Shown here: one piece after another, positions 24,116-37,040 of the stretch
Position numbering within the stretch: the first letter of the stretch is position 1
Layout: the number at the start of each line of letters is the position of its first letter
Assembly: GCF_018350175.1 (NCBI RefSeq)
Contig: NC_058368.1
Location: 9,238,001-9,302,000 of the forward strand
Direction of reading: 5' to 3'
Source of the DNA: Felis catus
Lineage: Eukaryota
Length of the DNA stretch: 64,000 nt
Notes under the pieces: model-generated
Told to the model about the DNA's origin: nothing
What the model saw: only the letters and a program-made list of their open reading frames with translations
The model's database searches: none
Made by a program: the position numbers and the translations under genes

Positions 24116-25184
24116 CTCTCATACCTCTTGCTGTTTCTTTGTATTCCCCTAATAGTAAAGTGCTTGTTCAAGAGAACTTCCTGCGTAAAATGCTAAGTGA
24201 TAAGAACACAGGTGGTGATGCGCGGCAGGCGATGATGAACACACGAAGCCCTTCCGACCCCCCCATCTCTCGTTTTTCCGCTCTAGCCCATGAGGAGCGG
24301 TGGGCTTGGTCCCGGCAGCAGTCGGTGGGCAGAGCCTGGAAGAGGGCACGGGAGGGAGGGAGGGGCCTGCCTGCCTGTGTCGGAGTGAGCAGAGGACACA
24401 GGGACAATGGGGCTATTATAGTAATAAGCAGAGAGTAATTGCTGATACAGAGATGCAGATTCCTATTTCTGGCCCTCTAGCCTTTTAAAATACTTGGCTC
24501 ATAATTGTACGCATAAGCTTGTAGTTCTTACTGCGCATTGAATCTCCACGGGAATTAGGCCAAAACGGGGACTGGAGGATCGGCCCCACTGAGGCCAACC
24601 TGGGAATGCTTCGTCAGTCCTGTCCTGCTGACTCAAAGCTCTCTTTGAACTGCAGGGCTTATGTAACTTCAGTATAAGCGTCAAGCCCAGTGGTTGTATT
24701 GCCAGGACAGAGAGAGAAAAAAAAAAAAAAAAAAGGCTGATTAAATTCGAAGGCAGGGCCGATAATGCCAAAAGGCAGAGGAAATGTGATCTGTGACGAG
24801 AGAGAGAGAATGTGTGTGTTTGGAGATAGGGGTATTGGAAAAATGGAAGCCGCATAGTAAGATAATGGCTGTGAAGCAATTGCTCTGAGGAATTTCCGCT
24901 CTTTCCCTGTCCCCTTGGGTGCTGGGACTGGATGGTCTCTGGCGGTGGCCTTTGCTTTTCTAATAGACCCCAGAATGTGACTTAAAACCCGCATGAGGGG
25001 ATCCTGGGGACCGGCTCCATTTCCGGCAGAGGCCGAGTTCTGGCTTAGGTAGAGGACAGGGCAGACACGCTCCCCGGGGGCCCACACCACCCCAGATCAG
25101 ACTCAGAGCTGATCCCACAGCCCATAATGCTCTGGGCCTAATCCAGAACATCCAAGCCTACATGTTTCATTGGGTGGGATCTTG

Positions 25185-25320
25185 GACGTCAGTTTCACCG
25201 GTCGGGAAACCGGTGCCCAGAGAGGTCAGGTAAGTTACCCAGGTCACACAGCATGCCAGTCCGAGGCAGAGACAGGACGGGCAGCTGAGACTTCCAACAG
25301 CCTGGCATTTGCTTGCTCCT
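25185..25320 (-). mobile_element. MIR fragment
   Basis: ggaaaccggtgcccagagaggtcaggtaagttacccaggtcacacagc. Confidence 0.7.
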
Positions 25321-25927
25321 GTCTCTGAACTGGGGAACACCAGGCTAGCATGGGAATGGCCTGGAGCTAGAGAAGGAGATTGTTCCTGGGCCACAAACCC
25401 CTTGGCCCTTTGATTTTGGGGAGGGATACTTTTGAAAATTCTGTCCAGGCACTAATTGCACAAACAAAACCGAAGGGCAAGTGGAGACGAGCGAGAGAGC
25501 CAGGGAGGACATTCTTAATGGATGAAGTCACTGGCAGTGCAAACTATCTACAGAAACAAAGTTCTTGCGTCGACTGCCACGAACAAGGCTTTCCAGGGCT
25601 TGTAGTCGCTGCAGAGAAAATGTGAAGAACCTACAGAACATTCTGCAGCTTTAGTCAGCCCTCCAAACGCAAATATTTGTTTTATATCAGGAAATGGCTC
25701 AGAGCACAGGCACAATCTCGCTAAGTGCACGATTACGGCACCACGTGGCCAGCTAAGTGCCCCAGCTAAGTGACCCGGTATGATTCAGGATTTCTCCTGT
25801 CTTAGCCACTCCTCCGATCCACACCTTTCAACACGGATTCACCTGAGTGGGAACTAGGCTGAGGTTCTTCCAGGGCTGGGAACCCAACCCTCCCATTTGC
25901 TCCCTGTCTCTGGGGCCGGGAGTGGTC

Positions 25928-25946
25928 CAGCGCCCCCTGCTGGTGA
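25928..25946 (-). promoter_or_regulatory. CTCF core motif
   Basis: Minus strand TCACCAGCAGGGGGCGCTG; the core CCAGCAGGGGGCGC fits CCASYAGRKGGCRS at 14/14. Confidence 0.65.
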
Positions 25947-27888
25947 CCACTGCTCACTCCTCGGCTAGTGTATGACCCCGGGGCTGTCACGTCCAATGGC
26001 GATTCAAAGACTTCCCTCTCGCACAAGCGTAAAATGCCCAGTGCCTGGCGCTGTCATGTCTTTCTTGCTCCCCTCTACCCTCCTCTCAACGGAGAAGGCC
26101 ATTCCTTTGGGGTGGTTGGGGGTGGATTATGAAATCCTTCCCTCACATCCTGGGTGCCCCGGGGACAGATGAATCTCTGGCTGGAGGCAGGTGCCGGTCC
26201 TGTGAGCTCCACGCCATCATCTCTGGGCGCTTCCGTAGCCAGAGTGCTCACCATGCAGCCGAGATGCTGGAGAGGGTTGCCAGCTGTCTCATCGGATGGA
26301 ATGCAAACAAACAGAGGCGGGAGAGCCTGGCTTGCTCCTAATGTTCTCTGCTGTGCCAGCGCCTGGGGGCCCAGGGCTCCCCAGGAGAGCCGAGGGAAGG
26401 AGGGCGGCCTTCTCTGCCCAGCAGAGCTCCCTGTCTTCAGGGAGGAGGAACGTTCCCCAGAAGGGGTCTTCCGACCCGGGGGGAGGGCCTGGGGCATCCG
26501 GGTTACCCGTCTACTCAGCAAGATGCAGCTTCGGGAAGTGTGAATGTGCTTCTTGCGGGGAAAGTGTAGGCTCTCGGGGAGTAGAACATAGAGAACACAT
26601 CAGCAGTTAAACGAAGAGGGAGGGAGAGAGAGAGAGGAATAGGCCTCTAAGACCCACAAAAAGGCAGCACCAGAAATGAGGAAATCAGGTTTGAGAACCC
26701 TGAGGCTCCTGTCCCTGCTCACACACACTCACACACTGCGGAGGGGGGGGGGGGGGGAGGGGGGGGGAAGAGAGGGCCACTGGCTCTGGCCTGCACTTCC
26801 CGCTGGGGGCTGGGTGGGGGGAGGCGGCTTTCACTCCACAACTGAAAATAAGACTTAAATACCCATACCCCTCTGATTAAAAAAAAAAAAAAAAAAAAAA
26901 AAAATCAGTGACTCCCAAACTGATCTAACTTGGAAATCATTGATTTCTAAATCCTTTACTCAGACCGATAGGGAAAAAACGATGATACAGGAGCTGGACA
27001 TAAACTGGCTGCTTCCTGATTTTGCCTAAGACTTGGCCTTCTTGCATTAAAAAAAAAAACAAAACACCTTTCGACTCTCCTAACATGGGTAGATTTTTCC
27101 CTGTCCTCTCTGGGCTCTCTGTTATCTTCCTTAGCTTTGGCCCAAGGCTTTCCCAATACTAAGCCTCCAAGTTGTCTATTAACCCAGACTTCCAGTAGGA
27201 CTCCCTGAAAGTGACCAAATACCGGTGAACTTCAGAGCGTCACCCCATCTGTGAGGCTGCGAAGGTCTAGAACTCAAGCCCAGCACCCTGGTTTGACGGC
27301 GAGGAAAGTCGCGCTGCTGGTCTGAGCGAGAGGCTGGCAGAGCTGAGACCACGGTGGTTTCTGCTCAGGGATTTGGCCCACGTTTCACATCTTTCCCCGG
27401 TTCTTTCAATGACCGGCCACACAGCCACACCTGCACATTTCACTTCATCTCAGGCTTCCGGCTTCCGATAGGAGAACAGCCAAAATGCTTCCTTTCGAGA
27501 TCTCTGTGTAATGGAGACCCTAGTTGACTAATCAGGACCTGCGTCTCTGGAATCCCCAAATCTCGGGTGTTAAGTAAACACAGGGAAGCATTTTGTCCCC
27601 AAAGAGCAGGACAACTGCAATAACACGAGAACCCACACGCAGAAGGCTGTAACATGATATTTAATAAAGGTGACCTTCTCTCTTTCTCGGGGAACGAAGA
27701 CCTGGGAGGGCAGATTTAAATCCAGATCTAATAATGCCTCTTCTTGGGTTCTGACTGTGGAGAGAGAACTTGGCCGTGAGGGTTTGTTTATACCCCAGTT
27801 CCTTGTACTGGGGTGGAGGTGTGGGTTCTGTTTTAGGAAGTGTGCACGGCGTTGGCTGATGGTTCTGGAGGAGGCTGGAGAGAAAAAT

Positions 27889-27928
27889 GCACGCACACAC
27901 ACACACACACGCACGCACACACGCGCAC
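27889..27928. repeat. (CA)n/(CG) purine-pyrimidine microsatellite
   Basis: gcacgcacacacacacacacacgcacgcacacacgcgcac. Confidence 0.9.
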
Positions 27929-28744
27929 CCGTGGTTGCCATGGACCCTGGTGTCTGTCCCCCCCGCTGGCTGGCTCAGCGGAAAATTTGGCCGAGTTGCA
28001 AGTCTGTGTGTTGAGGGTGGGAGTTACGAAGAGCAAACACATTTGTTTTTTCAGGTTCAGGAAGACACCAGCAAAAGGGACCCAAGGGAGGAGGAGAGAA
28101 AAAATTTTTTTTCTAATAATTTTTGAAGTCAGAGCTGAATCTCATTTATTAACCTTGACGATGCCGCTTTACCCTCTGCTGTCTTCTGGAGGCCCGATGA
28201 GTCCCGCGAGGCACACCCTCAGCTGTCAGCTGTGATGTAACTTGCTGTTTACAACACATGTTCTGAATATGCCATGACGGCCCGCGCGTGATTGGGTCGG
28301 CTGCAAAAATTTCTAACCTGGAAGTCACCATCATATCGAGAATGTCTCGAAAAGCCATGATAAAGTTATCTTAGGGCTGGCTCATAACTTCTTGGAATAA
28401 CCGTGCTTGCTTCAAATGATACATAGTCAGTAGATGGCAAGATGCGGCCGATGGGAATAATTCAGGAACTCTCCAGGGCTCCCTAGATCTGGGAGAAGGA
28501 AGAAGTAAAGTTAATGCTTTCTTCAAAGGTGTCAAAATTGCCTTAGATTTTCCTGCAGCTTAAATCCGAAAAGTGTCAGCAAGGGCATTGCCAAAGAAAA
28601 TGGCTTGTTAAATTAATGCTGTGTTGGCCCGTTTAAGTGGAAGGACAGGATGAACCCCCAAGTCGCAGGGTTGCAGATGGCATCAGACTCGATTATTCTG
28701 ACTTAAGAAAACAAATTTTGAGAGAAAAAGTTTTATTTACTTAG

Positions 28745-28970
28745 GTTTTTTCTTTTTCTTTTTCTTTTTCTTTTTTTTTAGAGAGAGAGAGAGAGAGCGC
28801 GCGCAGGGGAGGAGCGGTGGGAAGGGGACAGATCTGATCTGAAGCGGGCTCTGTGCTGACAGCAGAGAGCCCGATGCGGGGCTCAACCTCACAAACCCCA
28901 AGATCATGACCCGAGATCATGACCCGGGCTGAAGTCAGATGCTTAACTGACTGAGTTACCCAGGCGCCCC
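28745..28970 (-). mobile_element. CAN-SINE with internal 13-bp tandem duplication
   Basis: TSD TATTTACTTAG; agatcatgacccg twice at 28901-28926. Confidence 0.93.
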
Positions 28971-29952
28971 TATTTACTTAGTTTTATTGTGAAATCAGAG
29001 TTGTGTAAATCAGGCACATAAGGAAAGATTTAGGGGGAAGATCGTCCTCTTCGGAAACAGAGTTCTCTGATCCCTGATCCACATTTGCAAGCCCCCAGGG
29101 TTGTTTCAATTTTGCCAGTGAGTTTCAAGAACTTACTTTGAAAACTCTTGAAACGACATTAAGCCCTTGAAACTTTTTTGGCAAGATGCCGTGGTGCCTT
29201 TGTAGAAAAGAAAGGAGTGATTACGACATGGAACCGATGGTGAGTTGTTGTAAGTCCCAGAGGTGTGGGCGGTCACTGTGGGATCAGATTCTGAACTTCC
29301 AAACAGATCTGGATTAACTACCACTTCAGCTGCTCAAACAGTGGGGGGGGGGGTCCTCTGTGGGGGCCATGGAGAATAATATTTGGCCCCTCAAGTCCCA
29401 TTAAGTCAACTACTCTTCAGAAAATAAAAGGTCTCATTTAGTGTGATTCCTGTAAAATAACACCATTTGGTTATTAAACTCATTTTCTTTTGGCCAGATG
29501 GCTCCCAAATGCTTTAAAATCACAAGCAGGTTGATGAATGAAAATGTAGGGAAGGAACCGGCGCCTGATATTTTTTAATGCGTGTGGATTTTCCCCTTCA
29601 GGAAACAAGGATAGTGTCTACCTTCCCGAGAATTGACGTCGCATTAAGATTAGCTCCCGATGAAAAGAGCTAAGCTGTTACCATAAGCCCTGTTTCACAG
29701 GTGAGGAAACCCAGACACAACCGGGGGCGGGGGTGGGGGCATGAAGACCTCAGCAAAGGACAGACCCCAAGTTCACGGGAGGGGGGCATGGCCGGGAAAT
29801 TGGAATGAAGTTTTTGGGAAAACAGTCTGGATTCTATTCCTATGTTTCTTCATGATTTCAATTCAGTCTATTAACAAGGAGCTCTGCACTTGGATTTTCT
29901 TCAGAAAGAAGCTGATTAGAGATAAACACTAAAAAAAAAAAAAACACCCAAC

Positions 29953-30161
29953 TTTTTGCTAATGTTTACTTATTTTGAAAGAGAGAGACAGACCGTGAGC
30001 CGAGGAGGGGCAGAGAGAGAGGGAGACACAGAATCTGAAGCAGGCTCCAGGCTCTGAGCTGTCGGCACAGAGACCGACGTGGGGCTCAAACTCATGAACC
30101 ATGAGACCACGACCTGAGCTGAAATCAGACGCTTAACCGACTGAGCCACCCCGGGCACCCC
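29953..30161 (-). mobile_element. CAN-SINE
   Basis: Full body. Confidence 0.95.
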
Positions 30162-31124
30162 AAACATGTTTTAATTTTCAAAGTTTTTTTTTTCTTTTTC
30201 TTTTAACCTGCTCTAACCAGAAACCTTGTTAAATTTGGGATGCTGAGTGTGTCTGCGATGAAAAGGTTGAGAAGCATTAGACAAAGCAGGGCTTCACTCG
30301 AACCTTCCAGAAGACGGCTTTCTGTTCTGTAATAGTTTCTTATATATCCCTAAGAGATGCACTGAGGCCCAGCTGGCCATGAGGAAACGGGGAAGAGAAG
30401 GGGAAGGAGTCTGGATGGAGAGGCGAGAGCCACTGGCAAGCTAGCTTATCCTTAATCTGGTTTGCCTAGAAAGCAGAGAGCACGGGTGCCATCATCCCAG
30501 CAGGGAGTGCCGTGCCCAGGAAAGAAAAGTGAGAGAACAGGGGGAAAGAGGCAGGAAAGAGGGAAAGCCAATAAGACGGTGCTTAACTGAGCCGCCCCCT
30601 GCTTGTGGTCAAGCTCAACGGGTTATGCGATCTGGAAGGACTATCTTTTGATGTGCCATTCAAATGACTGCATCTCGGGACAGCACTTCCATAGGAGGGA
30701 GAGATGGAGAGTTTACTCATCTCCTCCCATCTCCCACCGGTCAGAGGTTTGCACCACAGACAGTAACCACCCCCTGATTTCTGGTGGCACACATCGCGTA
30801 GACACTATGTGGTCCCGAGGTATCTCGGGACAGAGCCCGGTAGAGAAGCCCCAAGCTGGACGTGAGGCACTATGAAATCGCTCGTGCATGTCTAAGATGG
30901 GAGGCATGCTCCAGCTCTCGAGAAGCTGGTCACGGCTCGTGCAGATTGGTCAGAACAGCAGTGGCTGGGATGGAAAAAAGTGACCAAAGATCTCAGAAAC
31001 ATGAGAAAGAGAGAATCTGAGTAGTAGAAATCTCTACCTCGATTGCCTCCGGAAACATGGCTTTTTAAGTCATTACGTATGTTATATAGACATATAGAGG
31101 CTATTTGGTGTCCTCGCCGACTGC

Positions 31125-31544
31125 GTACTGTTTCCCCAACGTCTGTCTTCCTCTTCTTTTTTAACAGAACCCACAGTTTTTGACCGTGCACACGGCAGCA
31201 CAGGATAAGGACTACGTACATTTCCTGGCCTCCCTTGCAGATAGTGTCCGTGTGACCTAGTTCTGTTCAATGGGAGGCAAGCAGAAGTGGTGTGTGCAAC
31301 TTGTAAGTGTTCTCAAGTGGAGACAGTATGATCTCCTTTGTCCTTCCCTTCATCCTAGGGACTGGAATTCGGAGGTAATCGATGGGACTCCAGTAGCCAT
31401 TTTGGATCCCGGTAGCCATTTTGGACCCGGAGATGACAGTCCTGAATTGCTTCCAACAGAGAGACCTAAGCATTTAGGTCTTACTTAAGCCACTATTATT
31501 TTGGGCTTTCTGTTCTTTGGGCCAGACTTAATTCTAACTGATAT
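31125..31544 (+). mobile_element. MaLR LTR (MLT1J-like)
   Basis: catttcctggcctcccttgcagatag..gtgacctagttctg..caatgg..gcagaagtg..ttaagccact..ctaactgatata. Confidence 0.7.
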
Positions 31545-31679
31545 AGCATCCAAAGGATGGGGGATATAAATGGAAGAGAGGCATATATATATCCACTTGA
31601 AAAAATGGCTCTCACTGGCCTGTGTCCCCTCATCCCTGCCTTCTCGTAACATTTTTGACTAGCCTGCCTTGTGAGAACA

Positions 31680-31812
31680 GTAATAATTGCTACTTACTGA
31701 GCCTCTACTCTGAGTCAGGCACTGGGAGGCACTTTACATCTGGTATCTCACAGAATATTTACAACGTCTCTGTGAAGGAGGTATAATTATTGCCATTACG
31801 GCCATTTTCCAT
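31680..31812 (-). mobile_element. MIR fragment
   Basis: acttactgagcctctactctgagtcaggcactg..gcactttaca..tatctca..ctgtgaagg. Confidence 0.7.
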
Positions 31813-31931
31813 AACTGGTTGTCCCGCCCCGAATCTTGCTGCATTCGACCTACTGTATAAATAGTAGCCTGCTTGGTTCTTCCCACAGAAATCTTGTTGT
31901 AGTACCCTTCTGTTGAGGATATTTCCATGGT

Positions 31932-32680
31932 GTTTGAGTTATCTAATGCTATGTAACAAATCACCGAAAACACGGTGCTTAAAAAGATAGTTTCGGAGCG
32001 CCCGCGTGGCTCTGTCGGTCGAGCGTCTGACTCTTGATTCCAGCTCGGGTTGTGATATCAGGGTCATGGGATCGAGCCCCGCATCAGGCTCTGTGCTGGG
32101 CGTGGGGCCTGCTTAAGATTGTTCTCTCTCCCTCTGCTGCTTGTGCTTTCCCTCTCACGCTCTCTCCCTCAAAAGACAAAGCGAAACAAAACAAAAACTT
32201 CTGCTTCTGTTGATCAGGAATGTGAGGAGGACTCAGCCTGGCAGTTTTCTCTTGGGGCCCCTTGCCTGGTTGCAGTCATGAATTGGCCGGGGCCGCAGTC
32301 ATGTGAAGACTTGATAGGGGTGTCCAGTCTGCTCCTAAGATGGCCCTCTCACGTGCCCGGGAAGCTGATGGTCGCTGTGGGACGGAGGCCTTCTCTGCGG
32401 GGCTGTTGTGCGGCCTCAGGAGATGGAGGCTGGCATGCCCCGGATGGAGCCGCCCAAGGCATCTGGAATGGAAGCTGCGCTGCCTCTTAGGCCTAGCCTT
32501 GGAGGTCACACCCGTGACGTCCACCATATTGTTGTGGTTGAGGAGCTTGCCAGTGTCTGCCCAGGTCTGAGGCGAGAGACTACAGATCCCGCCTCTCCGT
32601 GAAACAGTGCCAATTGTCACTGGTGGAAGGGGGGACAGACTGATGCGGTCATCTTGGGGAGACACAAAGCCTTTGCCTTT
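31932..32680 (-). mobile_element. MaLR LTR (MLT1G/H-like), interrupted by a SINE
   Basis: agttatctaatgctatgtaacaaatcacc.aaaac..gatcaggaat..ggccgcagtcat.tgaagacttga..cctagccttggaggtcac. Confidence 0.7.
31995..32197 (+). mobile_element. CAN-SINE (older subfamily)
   Basis: gcgtctgactcttgatt..gggatcgagccccgcatcaggctct. Confidence 0.9.
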
Positions 32681-32961
32681 AGCCATAGAGCTATCCTATC
32701 CCCCCCCCCCCCGTGGAACATACCACACCCGGAGTCAGTTCTGGTTAGCGTTGCTTTCTGCCATTGCTGCCTTCGCGAAGCCATGAAGAAACTGATAGAA
32801 TGAAAGAAAGCAACTGGTGTTGAGGTTCTAACGTACTGATATGGTTTGCTCTTTCTGGGACGGTAGATCCCGCTTGTGCCCGACAAACCCCTGTGACGCG
32901 ACCGCTGGCCACAGCACAGACTACGTTTCTGGGTTTCTATTGAGATGGATGTGTGGGTTTT

Positions 32962-33184
32962 CTTTATTTTTTTTAAGTTTGTTTTCTATTTTGAGAGAGA
33001 AAGGGGTGGAGAGAATGACCAAGGGAGGGGCAGAAGGAGATAGAGAGAGTGAGGGAGAGAATCTTCAGCAGACTCCACGCTCAGGGCAGAGCCCAATGTG
33101 GGGCTCCATCATGGCCGTGAGATCAGGACCCGAGCCGAAATCAAGAGCTGGATGCTTAACTGACTGAGCCTCCTGGGTGCCCCC
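32962..33184 (-). mobile_element. CAN-SINE (older)
   Basis: Degenerate TSD gga.gtgtgg.tttt. Confidence 0.9.
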
Positions 33185-34512
33185 GGAGGTGTGGATTTTA
33201 AAGCCACGTTTCCCAGCCCATGGTCCTTTTTGGGCTCCCGACTCATTAGGAGACTTTGGCCACATTCCCCCTCCCTGGCCTCTGTCTCTTCAGCGTTTGC
33301 CTGGGAGAGGCAGGAGGCCCAGAGGCAGGAGGGGACACAGCAGGAAGTTGCCAGTGCGCAGGGCAGGCTGGCTGAGGGAGGGAGGGGGGTGGGGGGAGAG
33401 AAAGGCCTTTGGTGGGGCAGCTCCAGGTGACTGGGTGACGCGTGAGGCCTGAGGCAGCCAGGCCCGGGGTCCAGCCGTGAAGCCCACACACCCACAGTCA
33501 CAGCCGGCCTGGCCAGGAACGAAGCAAGATCAAATATGGCAGAACACAGTGAGCTGAGCTCAGTGGCTCGGAAAAGAGCGGGGTGGCAGAACAGGACGCG
33601 GGGGGCGTCCCGTCACTCAGAGGTGCCGCTCAAGGTAAGAGGGCGGGAGCCTCCCTTGGTGTTTTTCACAACACCTCACAACAGGTTGTGGCCTTCCTTC
33701 ATTCATGTCAGACCCAGAGCGGTGGGAACGGACCCTTCTCCCCACCCGGGGCCGTTTGTCCCCAGACCACGTTCCCTATGCGTCCTGTTCTCCCACTTAA
33801 TCGGAGAGTGCGTCCCCCGCACCCCGCACCCCTGCTTACTCCGTCTTCTGACCCGCGGCTGATTGTATAGGTGTTTGGAGGTGTCGGCTCTGAAGTGTTA
33901 AAAATAAAACCAAGCTTTCCATACTGGGATTTCTCATTATCGTGCTTACAAATGAGGCCCGCTGCCGCGTTTCAACAATTGGCTAACAAGCTCTAATTTG
34001 AGCGTTTCGGCTGGACCTTTGCACAGCAGGAGCCGACTCGGAGCAGATGCCTTCTCACAACTGCCTGTTTGGGGAGCTGGTCACGTTCCCATTCTAGCAC
34101 AGCCTCCCTGAATAGAGAAGCCCCAGGTAGGGTGGACAAAAGGACGGCCAAGTCTGGAGAGCCTTCTGGTAGACGGCTATTGTGCCGGGCGGGCGGCGGG
34201 CCCAGGGAGAGGTTGCGGACGTCTGGCCAGGTACGCACAGCCTCCCCAGCCCGGCAAGAGGGCACTCGCCAGGTGAAGGTCAAGGTGTGGAGAGGAGGGC
34301 CTGGATACTCCTTCCACAGCTTCTTGGCCCCTGTGAAATGTTCCCACCAGAAAGTGCACGGCTCTCCGACTGGTGCCGAACTCAGTATACCTTGCGTGCT
34401 GAGTCTGCTTCCTGCCAATACTGTGCTTGTGACGGCAGAAGTCCTGGGCCAAGAACTGGGTTTGGCCAGTTCTTTTAGGGCAGGTTGAGTGGGTCAGCTG
34501 TAATAGACTTTT

Positions 34513-34710
34513 CTTTTTTTTAAAACGGTTAGTTATTTTTGAGAGAGCACAAGCACGGTCCGGGCAGAGTGGGGTGGGGGTGGGGGGTGCAGAGGATCCA
34601 AAGCAGGCTCTGTGTTGACAGCAGCCAGACCCACTTGGGGCTTGAACTCATGAACTGTGAGATCACGACCTGAGTGGGCCACTCAACCGACCAAGCCACC
34701 CAGGTGCCCG
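34513..34710 (-). mobile_element. CAN-SINE (older)
   Basis: Body and head recognisable. Confidence 0.9.
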
Positions 34711-36844
34711 TGTAACGAACCTTTAAAGAGGAAGAGAGAGAGGAAGAGCTCAGTAGAAGCTAGATGATGTTGGTGGCTGGCACTAGGTCCCCACTCCTGT
34801 TGTCCTAACTGCCTGGTCCACTGATGGCATCTGGAGAGAAGGATCGAGGAGTGACCAGAAGCAGCAGCAGGGGCTGAATTAAGGAGCCGGGATCCCCCAG
34901 CCCCAGCCCAGAGGCGCAATAGAATGTTCAGGGAGTCCTGTTCCTCCCTCCTCCCCAGGCCCCTCCCCAGAATGTCTGTTTGGCTCTTGCTGGATCCCTC
35001 CCACAGAAGTGCTTAGCAAATGTCTGCTCAAAGAATGAACGAATCTGGCTGGCGCCCTTCTAGTGGTTTCTTTCACCCCTGCTCACGTGCCCTTAAGGCC
35101 CCCCAACTATCCACTCCAGAATCTCCCCTGCTCCCCGTGATTCCCTCCCCTTCTTAACATTTTTGCTCCCCTTCTGTCCATTTCTGATTAATTATTGGTC
35201 TCCAACCAATAGTTAGCCCTTGCCTGATGTGCTCAAGTTAACAAGGTCGAAATTTCTCAAATAAAACATGTACGTGTAGCTTTTATCAGGGATATTTCCA
35301 AACAGACAAGAAACTGGAAAGACTAGGATAATGGCCCTCCTCCCCACCGTATGCTCATCGCCCAGTTTCCCACAATTATCCGCATTTTGCCAATCTTGTG
35401 TCCTCTTTCCTTCTGACCTTTTTCCTTCGCGGAGGGGTTGGGGAGGAGAGAGTATTTTCATTCTAGCTTTCTGAGTGCAGCTAAAAGCCTCCCTTACTTT
35501 CATTACCACATTAGCTCGTTAGGCCCGCATGGACAGTGTGGCACCTCCTGGCTCAATTATCTTCTGCTTGGAATGTCACAGAGTTTTACTTCTGTGCTGT
35601 GAGCTGTTGGAATTACACAGTTCTTACTGCTTTAAGTGCCGTTATTTAGAATCCAATTTGGCTCGCTTTAGATGAGCTATAGAGTCTCTACATTGTTTCT
35701 CTTTTCCCTCTTTTCTTCTGAGGCTAAAAGTCAGAGCCGCCCAACCCCCTCCACCTGCCCCCTCACCCCCATCCCATAGTGTGTTTCTTTTTCTCCCTTT
35801 CTCTTTTCTAACCATACCCTGAAGCATTTCACCAATGACCCTTTGTTATCTAACCACATGTCACCAGCTCAGGAGACAATCTGAAAATTGACAGCAATAA
35901 GGAAATAGCCTGGATCCAGGCTACTTCTCGAGGAGCCTCAAGCCCCAAGACAGGCCTACTAGGCTGTGTCAGGGAAATTCTCCGTCTCCTTGCTGTCTGG
36001 AGGGACAGGGACAGATGGAGGGACACATTGGGGGGTGGAGAGCTTTCCTGGGGGGCATCTGGTAGGTCTGCCTACCAGGCCTTCCTTACGTGTATGAAAT
36101 TGACAACGATTCCTTGTGTCAGAAATTTAAAATTTGTGACATACATATTTCTCTTTTATGTCTCAGTCCTGGCATGCTTTGTTTTGACCGTTTTATTCTT
36201 AGGCAGAGAACAAAAAGATCGAGTTCGATTGCTTCCTCACCAGCATCCTGAAGGCACACGTGACGATATTTGGGGGTTCCACGTGTGCCCTTCGTGCAGA
36301 CAGTCAGCTCTCCACGTTCTATGAATTTCTCTCAGCACAGCAAGCACATCTGCCAGGGGGGTCCCAGAGTTCCTTTTCTCCTTGATTACCCAGCCCAGCT
36401 CAGCCAGGGAATATTTCCCAGTCTCATCCTGCCTGTGCCCAGACCTTCCCCACCCTCCCAAATCCCCCTAAACGGGAGCCAGTTGTGAGGGCCAGTGGAC
36501 AGAGGGGTGTCTCGTGGGCTGAACCGGTCCCCTCGCCCTGGTCCCTTTCACGATCCTCCCTTCCTTTTAGTTCCTCTTCCCCCGTGGTCTCCCCCTCCCA
36601 CCTGCTGCTCGGAGGCTTCTTGCAGAGACACACCTCCCGGTCCCAGACCTCAGCCCCCCCACCCCCACCCCCTCCCTTCCCCTGGCCTTCACCTAGTGCC
36701 TCGGGTCCTCAGAGCAATGCTCAGCCACGGGGCTGCTTGCAAGAAGTGGCTACTGCATAGGTAATTGACAGAAATCTGTGTGTTGAGTTGCTTCATTCAT
36801 TCATCAACCCTGCCCAGATAGCCCGCCTTCCCTTGTCGTGAGAG

Positions 36845-37040
36845 CTGACATTTTTTGAGGGCTCACTGTGTGCCAGGTACATATTCACTCATTGTCCACA
36901 TTACCTTATTTAATCCGCACACCGACCCTATGAGGCAGGTATTATTGTTACCCTCGTTTGGCAGATGAAGCACAGAGAGGTTCAGTCACTTGCCTAAAGG
37001 CACACAGCTGATAATTAGCAGAGAGGAAATTCGAATCTGA
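36845..37040 (-). mobile_element. MIR SINE
   Basis: ctcactgtgtgccaggtac..atttaatcc.cac..accctatgaggcaggtattatt..cacagagaggttcagtcacttgcctaagg. Confidence 0.85.

Noticed and set aside
35049..35068. CTCF-like ccactagaagggcgcc on the minus strand
   Set aside because: An extra base disrupts the core spacing.
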